A stretch of DNA of 64,000 bases from Bugula neritina. Taxonomy: Eukaryota > Animalia > Bryozoa. Below, in pieces: positions 1 to 16,848 of this stretch; within the stretch, counting starts at the first letter, position 1, and the number at the start of each line of letters is the position of its first letter. Both the position numbers and the translations under genes were made by a program. Under the pieces are notes generated by a model that made no database searches, was not told where the DNA came from, and saw nothing but the letters and a program-made list of their open reading frames with translations. Location of the stretch: positions 15,075,675 through 15,139,674 of the forward strand of contig OZ037768.1 of the NCBI GenBank assembly GCA_964035545.1. The letters are read 5' to 3'.

Positions 1-3000
1 AATGTACTGTAAAATACTGAAATATACTTCATTATACTGAAAATACCTAAAAACATTGAAACATACTGATATACACTGAAACATACTGAAATACACTGCA
101 TCACATTGGAATATACTGCAACATGCCGAAATATATGGTAACCTACTGAAGTATGTTGCAAACTACTGAAATATACTGCAACATACTGAAATACGCCGTA
201 ACATACTGAAATACACTGCAACATACTGGAATACATCGTAACAAATTGAAATACACTGCAACACACTGAAATATACTGAAACATACCGAAATATATGGTA
301 ACCTACTGAAATATGTTGCAAACCACTGAAACATACTGCATCATCCTGCAACAGAATGAAATATACGGTAACACTGAAGCATACTGCAATATACTGAAAT
401 ATACTGTAACATACTAAGACATACTGCAACATACCGAAATATATGGTAACCTACTGAAATATGTTGCAAACGACTGAAATATACTGCCACATATTGAAGT
501 ATACTGCAACATACTGAAATATACTGCAAGATACTGCAACATACTGAAATACACTGTAACATACTGAAATACACTGCAAGATACTGAAATATACTGCAAG
601 ATACTGCAACATACTGAAACACATTGTAAGATACTGAAATACACTGCAACATACCGCAGCATACTGCAACGTATTGAAATACACTGTAACATATTGAAAA
701 ACACTGCAACACATTGAAATATACCGCAACATACCGAAGTATATGGTAGCCTACTGAAATATACTGCGACATACTGAAATACACTGTAACGTACTGAAAT
801 ACACTGCAACATACTGAAATACACTGTAACATATTGAAATACACTGCAACACACTGAAATATACTGAAACATACCGAAATATATGGTAACCCACTGAAAT
901 CTGTTGCAAACCACTGAAATATACTGCAACATACTGCAACATAATGAATAATACTGCAACATACTGAAATATACTGCAAGATACTGCAACATACTGATAC
1001 ACATTGTAAGATACTGAAATACACTGCAAAGTACCGCAACATACTGCAACGTATTGAAATACACTGTAACACATTGAAAAACACTGCAACACATTGAAAT
1101 ACACTGCAACACATTGAAATATTCCGCAACATACCGAAATATATGGTAAGCTAATGAGATATATTGTAACACGTTGAAGTACACTGCAACATACTGAAAT
1201 ACACTGCAACACACTAAATTATACTGTAATTTACAGAAATGTACTGCAACATACTGAAATATACTGCAAGATACTGCAACATACTGAAATACACTGTAAC
1301 ATACTGAAATACACTGCAACATACTGAAATATACTGCATGATACTGCAACATACTGATACACATTGTAAGATACTGAAATGCACTGCAACATACTGAAAC
1401 ATACTGCATGATACTGCAACATACTCATACACATTGTAAGATACTGAAATACACTGCAACATACCGCAACATACTGCAACGTATTGAAATACACTGTAAC
1501 ATATTGAAAAACACTGCAACACATTGAAACATACTGCAACACACTGAAATATACTGCGACACATTGAAATATAGTGCAACATACTGAAATATGCTGTAGC
1601 ATACTGAAATACACTGCAATACACTGAAGTATACTGTAATATACAGAAACGTACTGTAACATACTGAAACCTACGGCAATATACTACAATATACTGTGAC
1701 ACATTGAAGTATACTGCAACGTACTGAAATACACCGTAACATACTGAAATACACTGCAACATACTGAAATACACTGTAACATATTGAAATACACTGCAAC
1801 ACACTGAAATATACTGAAACATACCGAAATATATGGTAACCTACTGAAATATGTTGCAAACCACTAAAACATACTGCATCATCCTGCAACAAAATGAAAT
1901 ATACGGTAACACTGAAGCATACTGCAATATACTGAAATATACTGTAACATACTAAGACATACTGCAACATACCAAAAATATGGTAACCTACTGAAATATG
2001 TTACAAACTACTGAAACATACTGCAACATACTGCAACATAATGAAATATACTGCAACATACTGAAAGATACTGCAACATACTGTAATACGCTATAGAATA
2101 CCCAAATATACTGCAATATACTGAAATATACTGCAAGATACTGCAAAATACTGAAATACATTGTAAGATACCTAAATACACTGCAACATACTGCAACATA
2201 CTGCAACATATTGAAATACACTGCAACACACTGAAATATACTGAAACATACCGAAATATATGGTAACCCACTGAAATCTGTTGCAAACCACTGAAATATA
2301 CTGCAACATACTGCAACATAATAAAGTATACTGCAACATACTGAAATATACTGCAAGATACTGCAACATACTGATACACATTGTAAGATACTGAAATACA
2401 CTGCAACATACCGCAACATACTGCAACGTATTGAAATACACTGTAACATATTGAAAAACACTGCAACACATTGAAATATACTGCAACATGGTGAAACATA
2501 CGGCAACATACTGAAATATACTGCGACACATTGAAATATAGTGCAACATACTGAATTATGCTGTAGCATACTGAAATACACTGCAATTCACTGAAATATA
2601 CTGTAATATACAGAAACGTACTGTAACATACTGAAACATACGGCAACATACTAAAATGTACTGCGACACATTGAAATATACTGCAACATACTGAAATACA
2701 CCGTAACATACTAAACTCCGCTGCAACATTCTGAAATACACTGTAACACATTGAAATACACTGCAACACATTGAATTATACTGAAATACATTGTAAGATA
2801 CTGAAATACACTGCAAGATACTGCAACATAATGGAATATATGGTAACCTACTGAAATATGTTGAAAACTACTGAAATATACTGCAACATAATGCAACATA
2901 ATGAAAGATACTGCAACATACTGAAATAAACTGCAAGATACTGCAACATACTGAAATACACTGCAACACACTGAAGTATACTGTAATATACAGAAATGTA

Positions 3001-6000
3001 CTGTAAAATACTGAAATATACTTCATTATACTGAAAATACCTAAAAACATTGAAACATACTGATATACACTGAAACATACTGAAATACACTGCAACACAT
3101 TGGAATATACTGCAACATGCCGAAATATATGGTAACCTACTGAAGTATGTTGCAAACTACTGAAATATACTGCAACATACTGAAATACGCCGTAACATAC
3201 TGAAATACACTGCAACATACTGAAATACATCGTAACAAATTGAAATACACTGCAACACACTGAAATATACTGAAACATACCGATATATATGGTAACCTAC
3301 TGAAATATGTTGCAAACCACTGAAACATACTGCATCATCCTGCAACAAAATGAAATATACGGTAACACTGAAGCATACTGCAATATACTGAAATATACTG
3401 TAACATACTAAGACATACTGCAACATACCGAAATGTATGGTAACCTACTGAAATATGTTGCAAACGACTGAAATATACTGCAACATATGGAAGTATACTG
3501 CAACATACTGAAATATACTGCAAGATACTGCAACATACTGAAATACGCCGTAACATACTGAAATACACTGCAACATACCGCAGCATACTGCAACGTATTG
3601 AAATACACTGTAACATATTGAAAAACACTGCAACACATTGAAATATACCGCAACATACCGAAGTATATGGTAGCCTACTGAAATATACTGCAACATACTG
3701 AAATACACTGTAACGTACTGAAATACACTGCAACATACTGAAATACACTGTAACATAATGAAATACACTGCAACACACTGAAATATACTGAAACATACCG
3801 AAATATATGGTAACCCACTGAAATATGTTGCAAACCACTGAAATATACAGCAACACACTGCAACATAATGGAGTATTCTGCAACAGACTGAAATATACGG
3901 CAAGAAACTGCAACACACTGAAATACACTGTAACATACTGAAGTACACTGCAACATAATGAAATATACTGCATGATACTGCAACATACTGATACACATTG
4001 TAAGATACTGGAATACACTGCAACATACCGCAACATACTGCAACGTATTGAAATACACTGTAACATATTGAAAAACACTGCAACACATTGAAATATACTG
4101 CAACATACTGAAACATACGGCAACATACTGAAACATACTGCAACATACTGAAATATACTGCAAGATACTGCAACATACTGAAATACACTGTAACATACTG
4201 AAATACACTGTAACATATTGAAATACACTGCGACATACTGCAACATACTGAAAAATGCTGTAACATATTGAAATACACTGCAACACATTTAAATATTCCG
4301 CAACATACCGAAATATATGGTAACCTAATGAGATATACTGTAACACGTTGAAGTACACTGCAACATACTGAAATACACTGCAACACACTAAATTATACTG
4401 TAATTTACAGAAATGTACTGCAACATACTGGAATATACTGCAAGATACTGCAACATACTGAAATACACTGTAACATACTGCAATACACTGCAACATACTG
4501 AAATATACTGCATGATACTGCAACATACTGATACACATTGTAAGATACTGAAATGCACTGCAACATACTGAAATATACTGTATGATACTGCAACATACTC
4601 ATACGCATTGTAAGATACTGAAATACACTGCAACAAACCGCAACATACTGGAACGTATTGAGATACACTGTAACACAGGGAATTATACTGAAATACATTG
4701 TAAGATACGGAAACACACTGCAACATACTGTAACATAATGAAATATAAGGTAACCTACTGAAATATGTTGAAAACTACTGAAATATACTGCAACATAATG
4801 CAACATAATGAAAGATACTGCAACATACTGAAATAAACTGCAAGATACTGCAACATACTGAAATACACTGCAACACACTGAAGTATACTGTAATATACAG
4901 AAATGTACTGTAAAATACTGAAATATACTTCAACATACTGAAAAATACCCAAAAATATTGAAACATACTGATATACACTGAAACATACTGAAATGCACTG
5001 CAACACATTGGAATATACTGCAACATAACGAAATATATGGTAACCTACTGAAGTATGTTGCAAACTACTGAAATATACTCCAACATACTGAAATACGCCG
5101 TAACATACTGAAATACACTGCAACATACTGGAATACACTGTAACAAATTGAAATACACTGCAACACACTGAAATATACTGAAACATACCGAAATATAAGG
5201 TAACCTACTGAAATATGTTGCAAACCACTGAAACATACTGCATAATCCTGCAACAAAATGAAATAAACGGTAACACTGAAGCATACTGCAATATACTGAA
5301 ATATACTGTAACATACTAAGACATACTGCAACTTACCAAAATATATGGTAACCTACTGAAATATGTTGCAAACGACTGAAATATACTGCCACATACTGCA
5401 ACATATTGAAGTATACTGCAACATACTGAAATATACTGCAAGATACTGCAACATACTGAAATACACTGTAACATACTGAAATACACTGCAACATACTGAA
5501 ATATACTGCAAGATACTGCAACATACTGAAACACATTGTAAGATACTGAAATACACTGCAACATACCGCAACATACTGCAACGTATTGAAATACACTGTA
5601 ACATATTGAAAAACACTGCAACACATTGAAATATACTGCAACATACTAAAACATACGGCAACATACTGAAATATACTGCGACACATTGAAATATAGTGCA
5701 ACATACTGAAATATGCTGTAGCATACTGAAATACACTGCAATACACTGAAGTATACTGCAATATACAGATTCGTACTGTAACATACTGAAACATACGGCA
5801 ACATACTAAAATATACTGCGACACATTGAAATATACTGCAACATACTAAAATACACCGTAACATACTAAACTCCACTGCAACATTCTGAAATACACTGTA
5901 ACACATTGAAGTACACTGCAACACAGGGAATTATACTGAAATACATTGTAAGATACGGAAACACACTGCAACATACTGCAACATAATGAAATATATGGTA

Positions 6001-7370
6001 ACCTACTGAAATATGTTGAAAACTACTGAAACATACTGCAACATTATGCAACATAATGAAAGATACTGCAATATACTGAAATAAACTGCAAGATACTGCA
6101 ACATACTGAAATACATTGTAACATACTGATATACACTGTAACATATTGAAATACACTGCGACATACTCCAACATACTGAGAAACGCTGTAACATATTGAA
6201 ATACACTGCAACACATTGAATTATTCCGCAACATACCGAGATATATGGTAAGCTAATGAGATATACTGTAACACGTTGAAGTACACTGCAACATACTGAA
6301 ATACACTGCAACACACTAAATTATACTGTAATTTACAGAAATGTACTGCAACATACTGAAATATACTGCAAGATACTGCAACATACTGAAATACACTGTA
6401 ACATACTGAAATACACTGCAACATACTGAAATATACTGCATGATACTGCAACATACTGATACACATTGTAAGATACTGAAATGCACTGCAACATACTGAA
6501 ATATACTGCATGATACTGCAACATACTCATACACATTGTAAGATACTGAAATACACTGCAACATACCGCAACATACTGCAACATACTGAAATACACTGTC
6601 ACATATTGAAATACACTGCAACACACTGAAATATACTGAAACATACCGAAATATATGGTAACCTACTGAAATATGTTGCAAACCACTAAAACATACTGCA
6701 TCATCCTGCAACAAAATGAAATTTACGGTAACACTGAAGCATACTGCAATATACTGAAATATACTGTAACATACTAAGACATACTGCAACATACCGAAAA
6801 ATATGGTAACCTACTGAAATATGTTACAAACTACTGAAACATACTGCAACATACTGCAACATAATGAAATATACTGCAACATACTGAAAGATACTGCAAC
6901 ATACTGAAATACACTGTAGAATACCCAAATATACTGCAACATACTGAAATATACTGCAAGATACTGCAAAATACTGAAATACATTGTAAGATACCTAAAT
7001 ACACTGCAACATACCCATACACATTGTAGGATACTGAAATACACTGCAACATACCGCAACATACTGCAACGTATTGAAATACACTGTAACATATTGAAAA
7101 ACACTGCAACACATTGAAACATACTGCAACATACTGAAACATACGGCAACATATTGAAATATACTGCGACACATTGAAATATAGTGCAACATACTGAAAT
7201 ATGCTGTAGCATACTGAAATACACTGCAATACACTGAAGTATACTGTAATATACAGAAACGTACTGTAACATACTGAAACATACGGCAACATACTACAAT
7301 ATACTGTGACACATTGAAGTATACTGCAACATACTGAAATACACCGTAACATACTGAAATACACTGCAAC

Positions 7371-7640
7371 ATACTGAAATACACTGTAACATATTGAAAT
7401 ACACTGCAACACACTGAAATATACTGAAACATACCGAAATATATGGTAACCTACTGAAATATGTTGCAAACCACTAAAACATACTGCATCATCCTGCAAC
7501 AAAATGAAATACACTGTAACATATTGAAATACACTGCAACACACTGAAATATACTGAAACATACCGAAATATATGGTAACCTACTGAAATATGTTGCAAA
7601 CCACTAAAACATACTGCATCATCCTGCAACAAAATGAAAT
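7371..7640. repeat. 130-bp tandem duplication within the satellite (also near 10.5, 19.0, 25.7, 54.6, 58.4 and 62.2 kb)
   Basis: GCATCATCCTGCAACAAAATGAAAT occurs twice, 130 bp apart (7486 and 7616), with the intervening GGTAACC module duplicated. Confidence 0.85.
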
Positions 7641-10600
7641 ATACGGTAACACTGAAGCATACTGCAATATACTGAAATATACTGTAACATACTAAGACAT
7701 ACTGCAACATACCAAAAAATATGGTAACCTACTGAAATATGTTACAAACTACTGAAACATACTGCAATATACTAAAACATAATGAAACATACTGCAACAT
7801 ACTGAAAGATACTGCAACATACTGAAATACACTATAGAATACCCAAATATACTGCAACATACTGAAATATACTGCAAGATACTGCAAAATACTGAAATAC
7901 ATTGTAAGACACCTAAATACACTGCAACATACTGCAACATACTGCAACATATTGAAATACACTGTAACATATTGGAAAACACTGCAACACATTGAAATAT
8001 ACCGCAACATACCGAAGTATATGGTAGCCTACTGAAAAATACTGCGACATACTGAAATACACTGTAACGTACTGAAATACACTGCAACATACTGAAATAC
8101 ACTGTAACATATTAAAATACACTGCAACACACTGAAATATACTGAAACATACCAAAAATATATGGTAACCCACTGAAATATGTTGCAAACCACTGAAATA
8201 TACTGCAACATACTGCAACATAATGAATAATACTGCAACATACTGAAATATACTGCAAGATACTGCAACATACTGATACACATTGTAAGATACTGAAATA
8301 CACTGCAACATACCGCAACATACTGCAACGTATTGAAATACACTGTAACTTATTAAAAAACACTGCAACACATTGAAATATACTGCAACATACTGAAACA
8401 TATGGCAACATACTAAAATATACTGCGACACATTGAAATATACTGCAACATACTGAAATACACCGTAACATACTAAACTCCACTGCAACATTCTGAAATA
8501 CACTGTAACACATTGAAATACACTGCAACACAGGGAATTATACTGAAATACATTGTAAGATACGGAAACACACTGCAACATACTGCAACATAATGATATA
8601 TATGGTAACCTACTGAAATATGTTGAAAACTACTGAAATATACTGCAACATTACGCAACATAATGAAAGATACTGCAATATACTGAAATAAACTGCAAGA
8701 TACTGCAACATACTGAAATACACTGTAACATACTGAAATACACTGTAACATATTCAAATACACTGCGACATACTGCAACATACTGAAAAACGCTGTAACA
8801 TATTGAAATACACTGCAACACATTGAAATATTCCGCAACATATCGAAATATATGGTAAGCTAATGAGATATATTGTAACACGTTGCAGTACACTGCAACA
8901 TACTGAAATACACTGCAACACACTAAATTATACTGTAATTTACAGAAATGTACTGCAACATACTGAAATATACTGCAAGATACTGCAACATACTGAAATA
9001 CACTGTAACATACTGAAATACACTGCAACATACTGAAATATACTGCATGATACTGCAACATACTGATACACATTGTAAGATACTGAAATGCACTGCAACA
9101 TACTGAAATATACTGCATGATACGGCAACATACTCATACACATTGTAAGATACTGAAACACACAGCAACATACCGCAACATACTGCAACGTATTGAAATA
9201 CACTGTAACACATTGAAATACACTGCAACACATTGAATTATACTGAAATACATTGTGAGATACTAAAATACACTGCAACAAACTGCAACATAATGGAATA
9301 TATGGTAACCTACTGAAATATGTTGAAAACTACTGAAATATACTGCAACATAATGCAACATAATGAAAGATACTGCAACATACTGAAATAAACTGCAAGA
9401 TACTGCAACATACTGAAATACACTGTAACATACTGAAATACACTGTAACATATTGAAATACACTGCAACACACTGAAATATACTGAAACATACCGATATA
9501 TATGGTAACCTACTGAAATATGTTACAAACTACTGAAACATACTGCAACATACTGCAACATAATGAAATTTACTGCAACATACTGAAAGATACTGCAACA
9601 TACTGAAATACACTGTAACATACTGAAATACACTGTAACATATTCAAATACACTGCGACATACTGCAACATACTGAAAAACGCTGTAACATATTGAAAAA
9701 CACTGCAACACATTGAAATATACTGCAACATGGTGAAACATACGGCAACATACTGAAATATACTGCGACACATTGAAATATAGTGCAACATACTGAATTA
9801 TGCTGTAGCATACTGAAATACACTGCAACACACTGAAATATACTGAAACATACTGAAATATATGGTAACCCACTGAAATCTGTTGCAAACCACTGAAATA
9901 TACTGCAACATACTGCAACATTATGAATAATACTGCAACATACTGAAATATACTGCAAGATACTGCAACATACTGATACACATTGTAAGATACTGAAATA
10001 CACTGCAACATACTGAAATATACTGCAAGATACTGCAACATACTGAAACACATTGTAAGATATTGAAATACACTGCAACATACCGCAACATACTGCAACG
10101 TATTGAAATACACTGTAACATGTTGAAAAAACACTGCAACACATTGAAATATACTGCAACATACTAAAACATACGGCAACATACTGAAATATACTGCGAC
10201 ACATTGAAATATAGTGCAACATACTGAAATATGCTGTAGCATACTGAAATACACTGCAATACACTGAAGTATACTGTAATATACAGAAACGTACTGTAAC
10301 ATACTGAAACATACGGCAACTTACTACAATATACTGTGACACATTGAAGTATACTGCAACATACTGAAATACACCGTAACATACTGAAATACACTGCAAC
10401 ATACTGAAATACACTGTAACATATTGAAATACACTGCAACACACTGAAATATACTGAAACATACCGAAATATATGGTAACCTACTGAAATATGTTGCAAA
10501 CCACTAAAACATACTGCATCATCCTGCAACAAAATGAAATACACTGTAACATATTGTAATACACTGCAACACACTCAAATATACTGAAACATACCGAAAT

Positions 10601-13600
10601 ATATGGTAACCTACTGAAATATGTTGCAAACCACTAAAACATACTGCATCATCCTGCAACAAAATGAAATATACGGTAACACTGAAGCATACTGCAATAT
10701 ACTGAAATATACTGTAACATACTAAAACATACTGCAACATACCAAAAATATGGTAACCTACTGAAATATGTTACAAACTACTGAAACATACTGCAACATA
10801 CTGCAACATAATGAAATATACTGCAACATACTGAAAGATACTGCAACATACTGAAATACACTATAGAATACCCAAATATACTGCAACATACTGAAATATA
10901 CTGCAAGATACTGCAAAATACTGAAATACATTGTAAGATACCTAAATACACTGCAACATACTGCAACATACTGCAACATATTGAAATACACTGTAACATA
11001 TTGAAAAACACTGCAACACATTGAAATATACAGCAACATACCGAATTATATGGTAGCCTACTGAAATATACTGCGACATACTGAAATACACTGTAACGTA
11101 CTGAAATACACTGCAACATACTGAAATACACTGTAACATATTAAAATACACTGCAACACACTGAAATATACTGAAACATACTGAAATATATGGTAACCCA
11201 CTGAAATCTGTTGCAAACCACTGAAATATACTGCAACATACTGCAACATAATGAATAATACTGCAACATACTGAAATATACTGCAGGATACGGCAACATA
11301 CTGAAATACACTGTAACATACTGAAATACACTGCAACATACTGAAATATACTGCATGATACTGCAACATACTGATACACATTGTAAGATACTAAAATGCA
11401 CTGCAACATACTGAAATATACTGCATGATACTGCAACATATTCATACACATTGTAAGATACTGAAATACACTGCAACATACCGCAACATACTGCAACGTA
11501 TTGAAATACACTGTAACATATTGAAAAACACTGCAACACATTGAAACATACTGCAACATACTGAAACATACGGCAACATACTGAAATATACTGCGACACA
11601 TTGAAATATAGTGCAACATACTGAAATATGCTGTAGCATACTGAAATACACTGCAATACACTGAAGTATACTGTAATATACAGAAACGTACTGTAACATA
11701 CTGAAACATACGGCAACATACTACAATATACTGTAACACATTGAAATATACTGCAACATACTGAAATACACCGTAACATACTGAAACACACTGCAACATA
11801 CTGAAATACACTGTAACATATTAAAATACACTGCAACACACTGAAATATACTGAAACATACCGAAATATATGGTAACCTACTGAAATATGTTGCAAACCA
11901 CTAAAACATACTGCATCATCCTGCAACAAAATGAAATATACGGTAACACTGAAGCATACTGCAATATACTGACATATACTTTAACATACTAAGACATACT
12001 GCAACATACCGAAAAATATGGTAACCTACTGAAATATGTTACAAACTACTGAAACATACTGCAACATACTGCAACATAATGAAATATACTGCAACATACT
12101 GAAAGATACTGCAACATACTGAAATATACTGCAAGATACTGAAAAATACTGAAATACATTGTAAGATACCTAAATACACTGCAACATACTGCAACATATT
12201 GAAATACACTGTAACATATTGAAAAACACTGCAACACATTGAAATATACCGCAACATACCGAAGTATATGGTAGCCTACTAAATATACTGCGACATACTG
12301 AAATACACTGTAACGTACTGAAATACACTGCAACATACTGAAATACACTGTAACATATTAAAATACACTGCAACACACTGAAATATACTGAAACATACCG
12401 AAATATATGGTAACCCACTGAAATCTGTTGCAAACCACTGAAATATACTGCAACATACTGCAACATAATGAAGTATACTGCAACATACTGAAATATACTG
12501 CAAGATACTGCAACATACTGATACAGATTGTAAGATACTGAAATACACTGCAACATACCGCAACATACTGCAACGTATTGAAAAACACTGTAACATATTG
12601 AAAAACACTGCAACACATTGAAATATACTGCAACATACTGAAACATACGGCAACATACTGAAATATACTGTGACACATTGAAATATAGTGCAACATACTG
12701 AAATATGCTGTAGCATACTGAAATACACTGCAATTCACTGAAATATACTGTAATATACAGAAACGTACTGTAACATACTGAAACATACGGCAACATACTA
12801 AAATGTACTGCGACACATTGAGATATACTGCAACATACTGAAATACACCGTAACATACTAAACTCCACTTCAACATTCTGAAATACACTGTAACACATTG
12901 AAATACACTGCAACACATTGAATTATACTGAAATACATTGTAAGATACTGAAATACACTGCAAGATACTGCAACATAATGGAATATATGGTAACCTACTG
13001 AAATATGTTGAAAACTACTGAAATATACTGCAACATAATGCAACATAATGAAAGATACTGCAACATACTGAAATAAACTGCAAGATACTGCAACATACTG
13101 AAATACACTGCAACACACTGAAGTATACTGTAATATACAGAAATGTACTGTAAAATACTGAAATATACTCCATTATACTGAAAATACCTAAAAACATTGA
13201 AACATACTGATATACACTGAAACATACTGAAATACACTGCAACACATTGGAATATACTGCAACATACCGAAATATATGGTAACCTACTGAAGTATGTTGC
13301 AAACTACTGAAATATACTGCAACATACTGAAATACGCCGTAACATACTGAAATACACTGCAACATACTGAAATACATCGTAACAAATTGAAATACAATGC
13401 AACACACTGAAATATACTGAAACATACCGAAATATATGGTAACCTACTGAAATATGTTGCAAACCACTGAAACATACTGCATCATCCTGCAACAAAATGA
13501 AAAATACAGTAACACTGAAGCATACTGCAATAGACTGAAATATACTGTAACATACTGAGACATACTGCAACATACCGAAATATATGGTAACCTACTGAAA

Positions 13601-15308
13601 TATGTTGCAAACGACTGAAATATACTGCAACATATTGAAGTATACTGCAACATACTGAAATATACTGCAAGATACTGCAACATACTGAAATACACTGTAA
13701 CATACTGAAATACACTGCAAGATACCGAAATATACTTCAAGATACTGCAACATACTGAAACACATTGTAAGATACTGAAATACACTGCAACATACCGCAG
13801 CAAACTGCAACGTATTGAAATACACTGTAACATATTGAAAAACACTGCAACATATTGAAATATACTGCAACATACTAAAACATACGGCAACATACTGAAA
13901 TATACTGCGACACATTGAAATATAGTGCAACATACTGAAATATGCTGTAGCATACTGAAATACACTGCAATACACTGAAGTATACTGTAATATACAGAAA
14001 TGTACTGTAACATACTGAAACATACGGCAACATACTAAAATATACTGCGACACATTGAAATATACTGCAATATACTGAAATACACCGTAACATACTAAAC
14101 TCCACTGCAACATTCTGAAATACACTGTAACACATTGAAATACACTGCAACACAGTGAATTATACTGAAATACATTGTAAGATACGGAAACACGCTGCAA
14201 CATACTGCAACATAATGAAATATATGGTAACCTACTGAAATATGTTGAAAACTACTGAAATATACTGCAACATTATGCAACATAATGAAAGATACTGCAT
14301 TATACTGAAATAAACTGCAAGATACTGCAGCATACTGAAATACACTGTAACATACTGAAATACACTGTAACATATTGAAATACACTGCGACATACTGCAA
14401 CATACTGAAAAACGCTGTAACATATTGAAATACACTGCAACACATTGAAATATTCCGCAACATACCGAAATATATGGTAACCTAATGATGTATACTGTAA
14501 CACGTTGAAGTACACTGCAACATACTGAAATACACTGCAACACACTAAATTATACTGTAATTTACAGAAATGTACTGCAACATACTGAAATATACTGCAA
14601 GATACTGCAACATACTGAAATACACTGTAACATACTGAAATACACTGCAACATACTGAAATATACTGCATGATACTGCAATATACTGGAACACATTGTAA
14701 GATACTGAAATGCACTGCAACATACTGAAATATACTGCATGATACTGCAACATACTCATACACATTGTAAGATACTGAAATACACTGCAACATACCGCAA
14801 CATACTGCAACACATTGAAATATACTGCAACATACTAAAACATACGGCAACATACTGAAATATACTGCGACACATTGAAATATAGTGCAACATACTGAAA
14901 TATGCTGTAGCATACTGAAATACACTGCAAAACACTGAAGTAAACTGTAATATACAGAAACGTACTGTAACATACTGAAACATACGGCAACATACTAAAA
15001 TATACTGCGACACATTGAAATATACTGCAACATAGTGAAATACACCGTAACATACTGAAATACACTGCAACATACTGAAATACGCCGTAACATACTGAAA
15101 TACACTGCAACATACTGAAATACACTGTAACAAATTGAAATACACTGAAACACACTGAAATATGCTGAAACATACCGAAATATATGGTAACCTACTGAAA
15201 TATGTTGCAAACCACTGAAACATACTGCATCATCTTGCAACGAAAGGAAATATACGGTAACGCTGAAGCATACTGCAATATACTGAAATATACTGTAACA
15301 TACTAAGA

Positions 15309-15310
15309 CA
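15309..15310. other. Target-site duplication CA (left copy; right copy 17877-17878)
   Basis: The paralogous HOR copy has a single CA at 24604-24605. Offsets across the element (9295) and after it (6727) differ by 2568 = 2566 + 2. Confidence 0.87.
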
Positions 15311-15480
15311 CACAGTTGGTTTAAGGTCATACTTTTCATTTTCTGGCTCTTTGCCAGGTGCTTTATGTTCTATATGAACAATGTTCCACTGATAGCTCGA
15401 ACAGGTTGAATGTCACAGGAACAAAAAAAATATGAAAAGATAAAGAAATTTATGTTCTCCAATATACTTTTTTATTTTTT
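15311..15480 (+). repeat. Left imperfect terminal inverted repeat (~170 bp)
   Basis: Boxes shared with the right end: terminal 20-mer 15311-15330, TGCTTTATGTT 15359-15369, GATAGCTCGAACAG 15391-15404, ATGAAAAGATA 15432-15442, ATATACTTTTTT 15462-15473. Inner boundary approximate. Confidence 0.88.
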
Positions 15481-15877
15481 TCAAAAGCCAATTCATGTTT
15501 AAGTTATAGCTTGTTGAAAAACATAGTCCCCCTTCCACATTCTTTTCAATTTATACGCTCCTGACTTGTTATTGTGTCTCAATATGCCTTGTATTTGAGT
15601 GCTTGTTAGTCTCGCTTCACTAACTTTGCCTATACTTCACAAGTGCCAGTGCTGCTGGCTCAAAAGCTAAATGTTATAAACTGTCAGCTAAAACCCAATC
15701 TTGTATTCCTAGGTTGGTTGGCCTAAATAAAACAATAGTCAAATCATGATTTCATGTTTTAAAAATTTACTCTATTCTAACCTGCTGCCTAGCTAGTTCT
15801 ATTTTTGATGTATAATTACAAAATTTGTGATACATTTTTTTGGCAACCATGTGATTTATAAAATGCAGTAATGGTAC

Positions 15878-15970
15878 TTATAATATTATATTATTATTAT
15901 TATAATATATTATATAGTATTATGTGTGTTTTTATTATACTGCATAATATCTATTTTATTATTGTTGTTG
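15878..15970. repeat. AT-rich low-complexity (TAT/ATT) tract inside the transposon
   Basis: TTATAATATTATATTATTATTATTATAATATATTATATAGTATTAT... Confidence 0.6.
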
Positions 15971-16835
15971 TGCAAACAAGTGCAATTAACCTAGTTTTCA
16001 AAATGTACCTCTAAATTATCAGAATATCAGTTTAGATATTTTCATGCTTTGTAAGGTAAACCTAAAAAAGAGGCTGTATTCCCAAAGTAAAGGGTGTTGA
16101 ACTATGAACTATATTAGATTAGCCACTCTGCTACCAAGTGCGTCAGTATAATATTATATGAATAGCTCTGATGCTTTGTCTCCGGTGGCTGGCTGCGATA
16201 TGATAACTTGGCCAACTTCCAAGAGTTTAAAATTGGCGCAATTATTCAAGAGGTTACATACTGCACAGAGCTAGCAGTGATAGTAACCTTGCTATTGGCA
16301 GTACTTATTACAACTGCATGCCAGCATATAAGCTGCATTGTAGAATGCCGTTGGGGTAGGCTATTAAAACCAAATTCTGCTCTCTAATATACCTTAGACA
16401 CAATGCAGCAACATAATTGTTCATTTCAAATTACATTGCCACCCTTACATGAGCTGTGGGCTTCATAAAGATTCATATGATTAGAGATTTATGCTATAGG
16501 CTAGCTATGATGAAAATAACACACCATTGTCAAAGTTAACTTCAAGTATGTTGTTTTCCAGAAACTCAGTAATGTCCATTTATCTCTCGCATACAAATAC
16601 TTATGTAATAGCATACAGTTTAAGTTTTATTTTAGAGCACATCTGCAAACTCTACAATAAGAGCTTGCTTTACCAGTCTATTTCAGACATGTTTTTGTAG
16701 CTAGTAATACGCAAGCTACTTATTTTTAAACTTTTGGGTTATTTGTTCAAAACCACTAGCTTTGCTAGTAACCCGAGACTATTGCAACAGTTGACTGCTA
16801 TCAACATGAATTGACAGCCTAATAATTATAACCCG

Positions 16836-16848
16836 TTTGCGCGCGAAA
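16836..16848. promoter_or_regulatory. E2F-like dyad motif TTTGCGCGCGAAA in a locally CpG-rich patch
   Basis: Matches the TTTSSCGC-type E2F consensus on the minus strand (TTTCGCGC), with a near match on the plus strand. Motif match only. Confidence 0.25.

Larger units (their letters stand above)
1..15310. repeat. 10-bp-monomer satellite array, left of the transposon
   Basis: Continuous tandem 10-mers CTGCAACATA / CTGAAATATA / CTGAAATACA / CTGTAACATA with substitutions and rare 1-2 bp indels. The 10-nt print columns stay in register for hundreds of bp. Runs off the left edge of the window. Confidence 0.98.

Noticed and set aside
15311-15350. RAG/Transib recombination-signal-like end (CACAGTT resembles the heptamer CACAGTG)
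   Set aside because: No ACAAAAACC-like nonamer at 12 or 23 bp spacing, and the empty site shows a 2-bp TSD rather than the 5-bp TSD of Transib/ProtoRAG.
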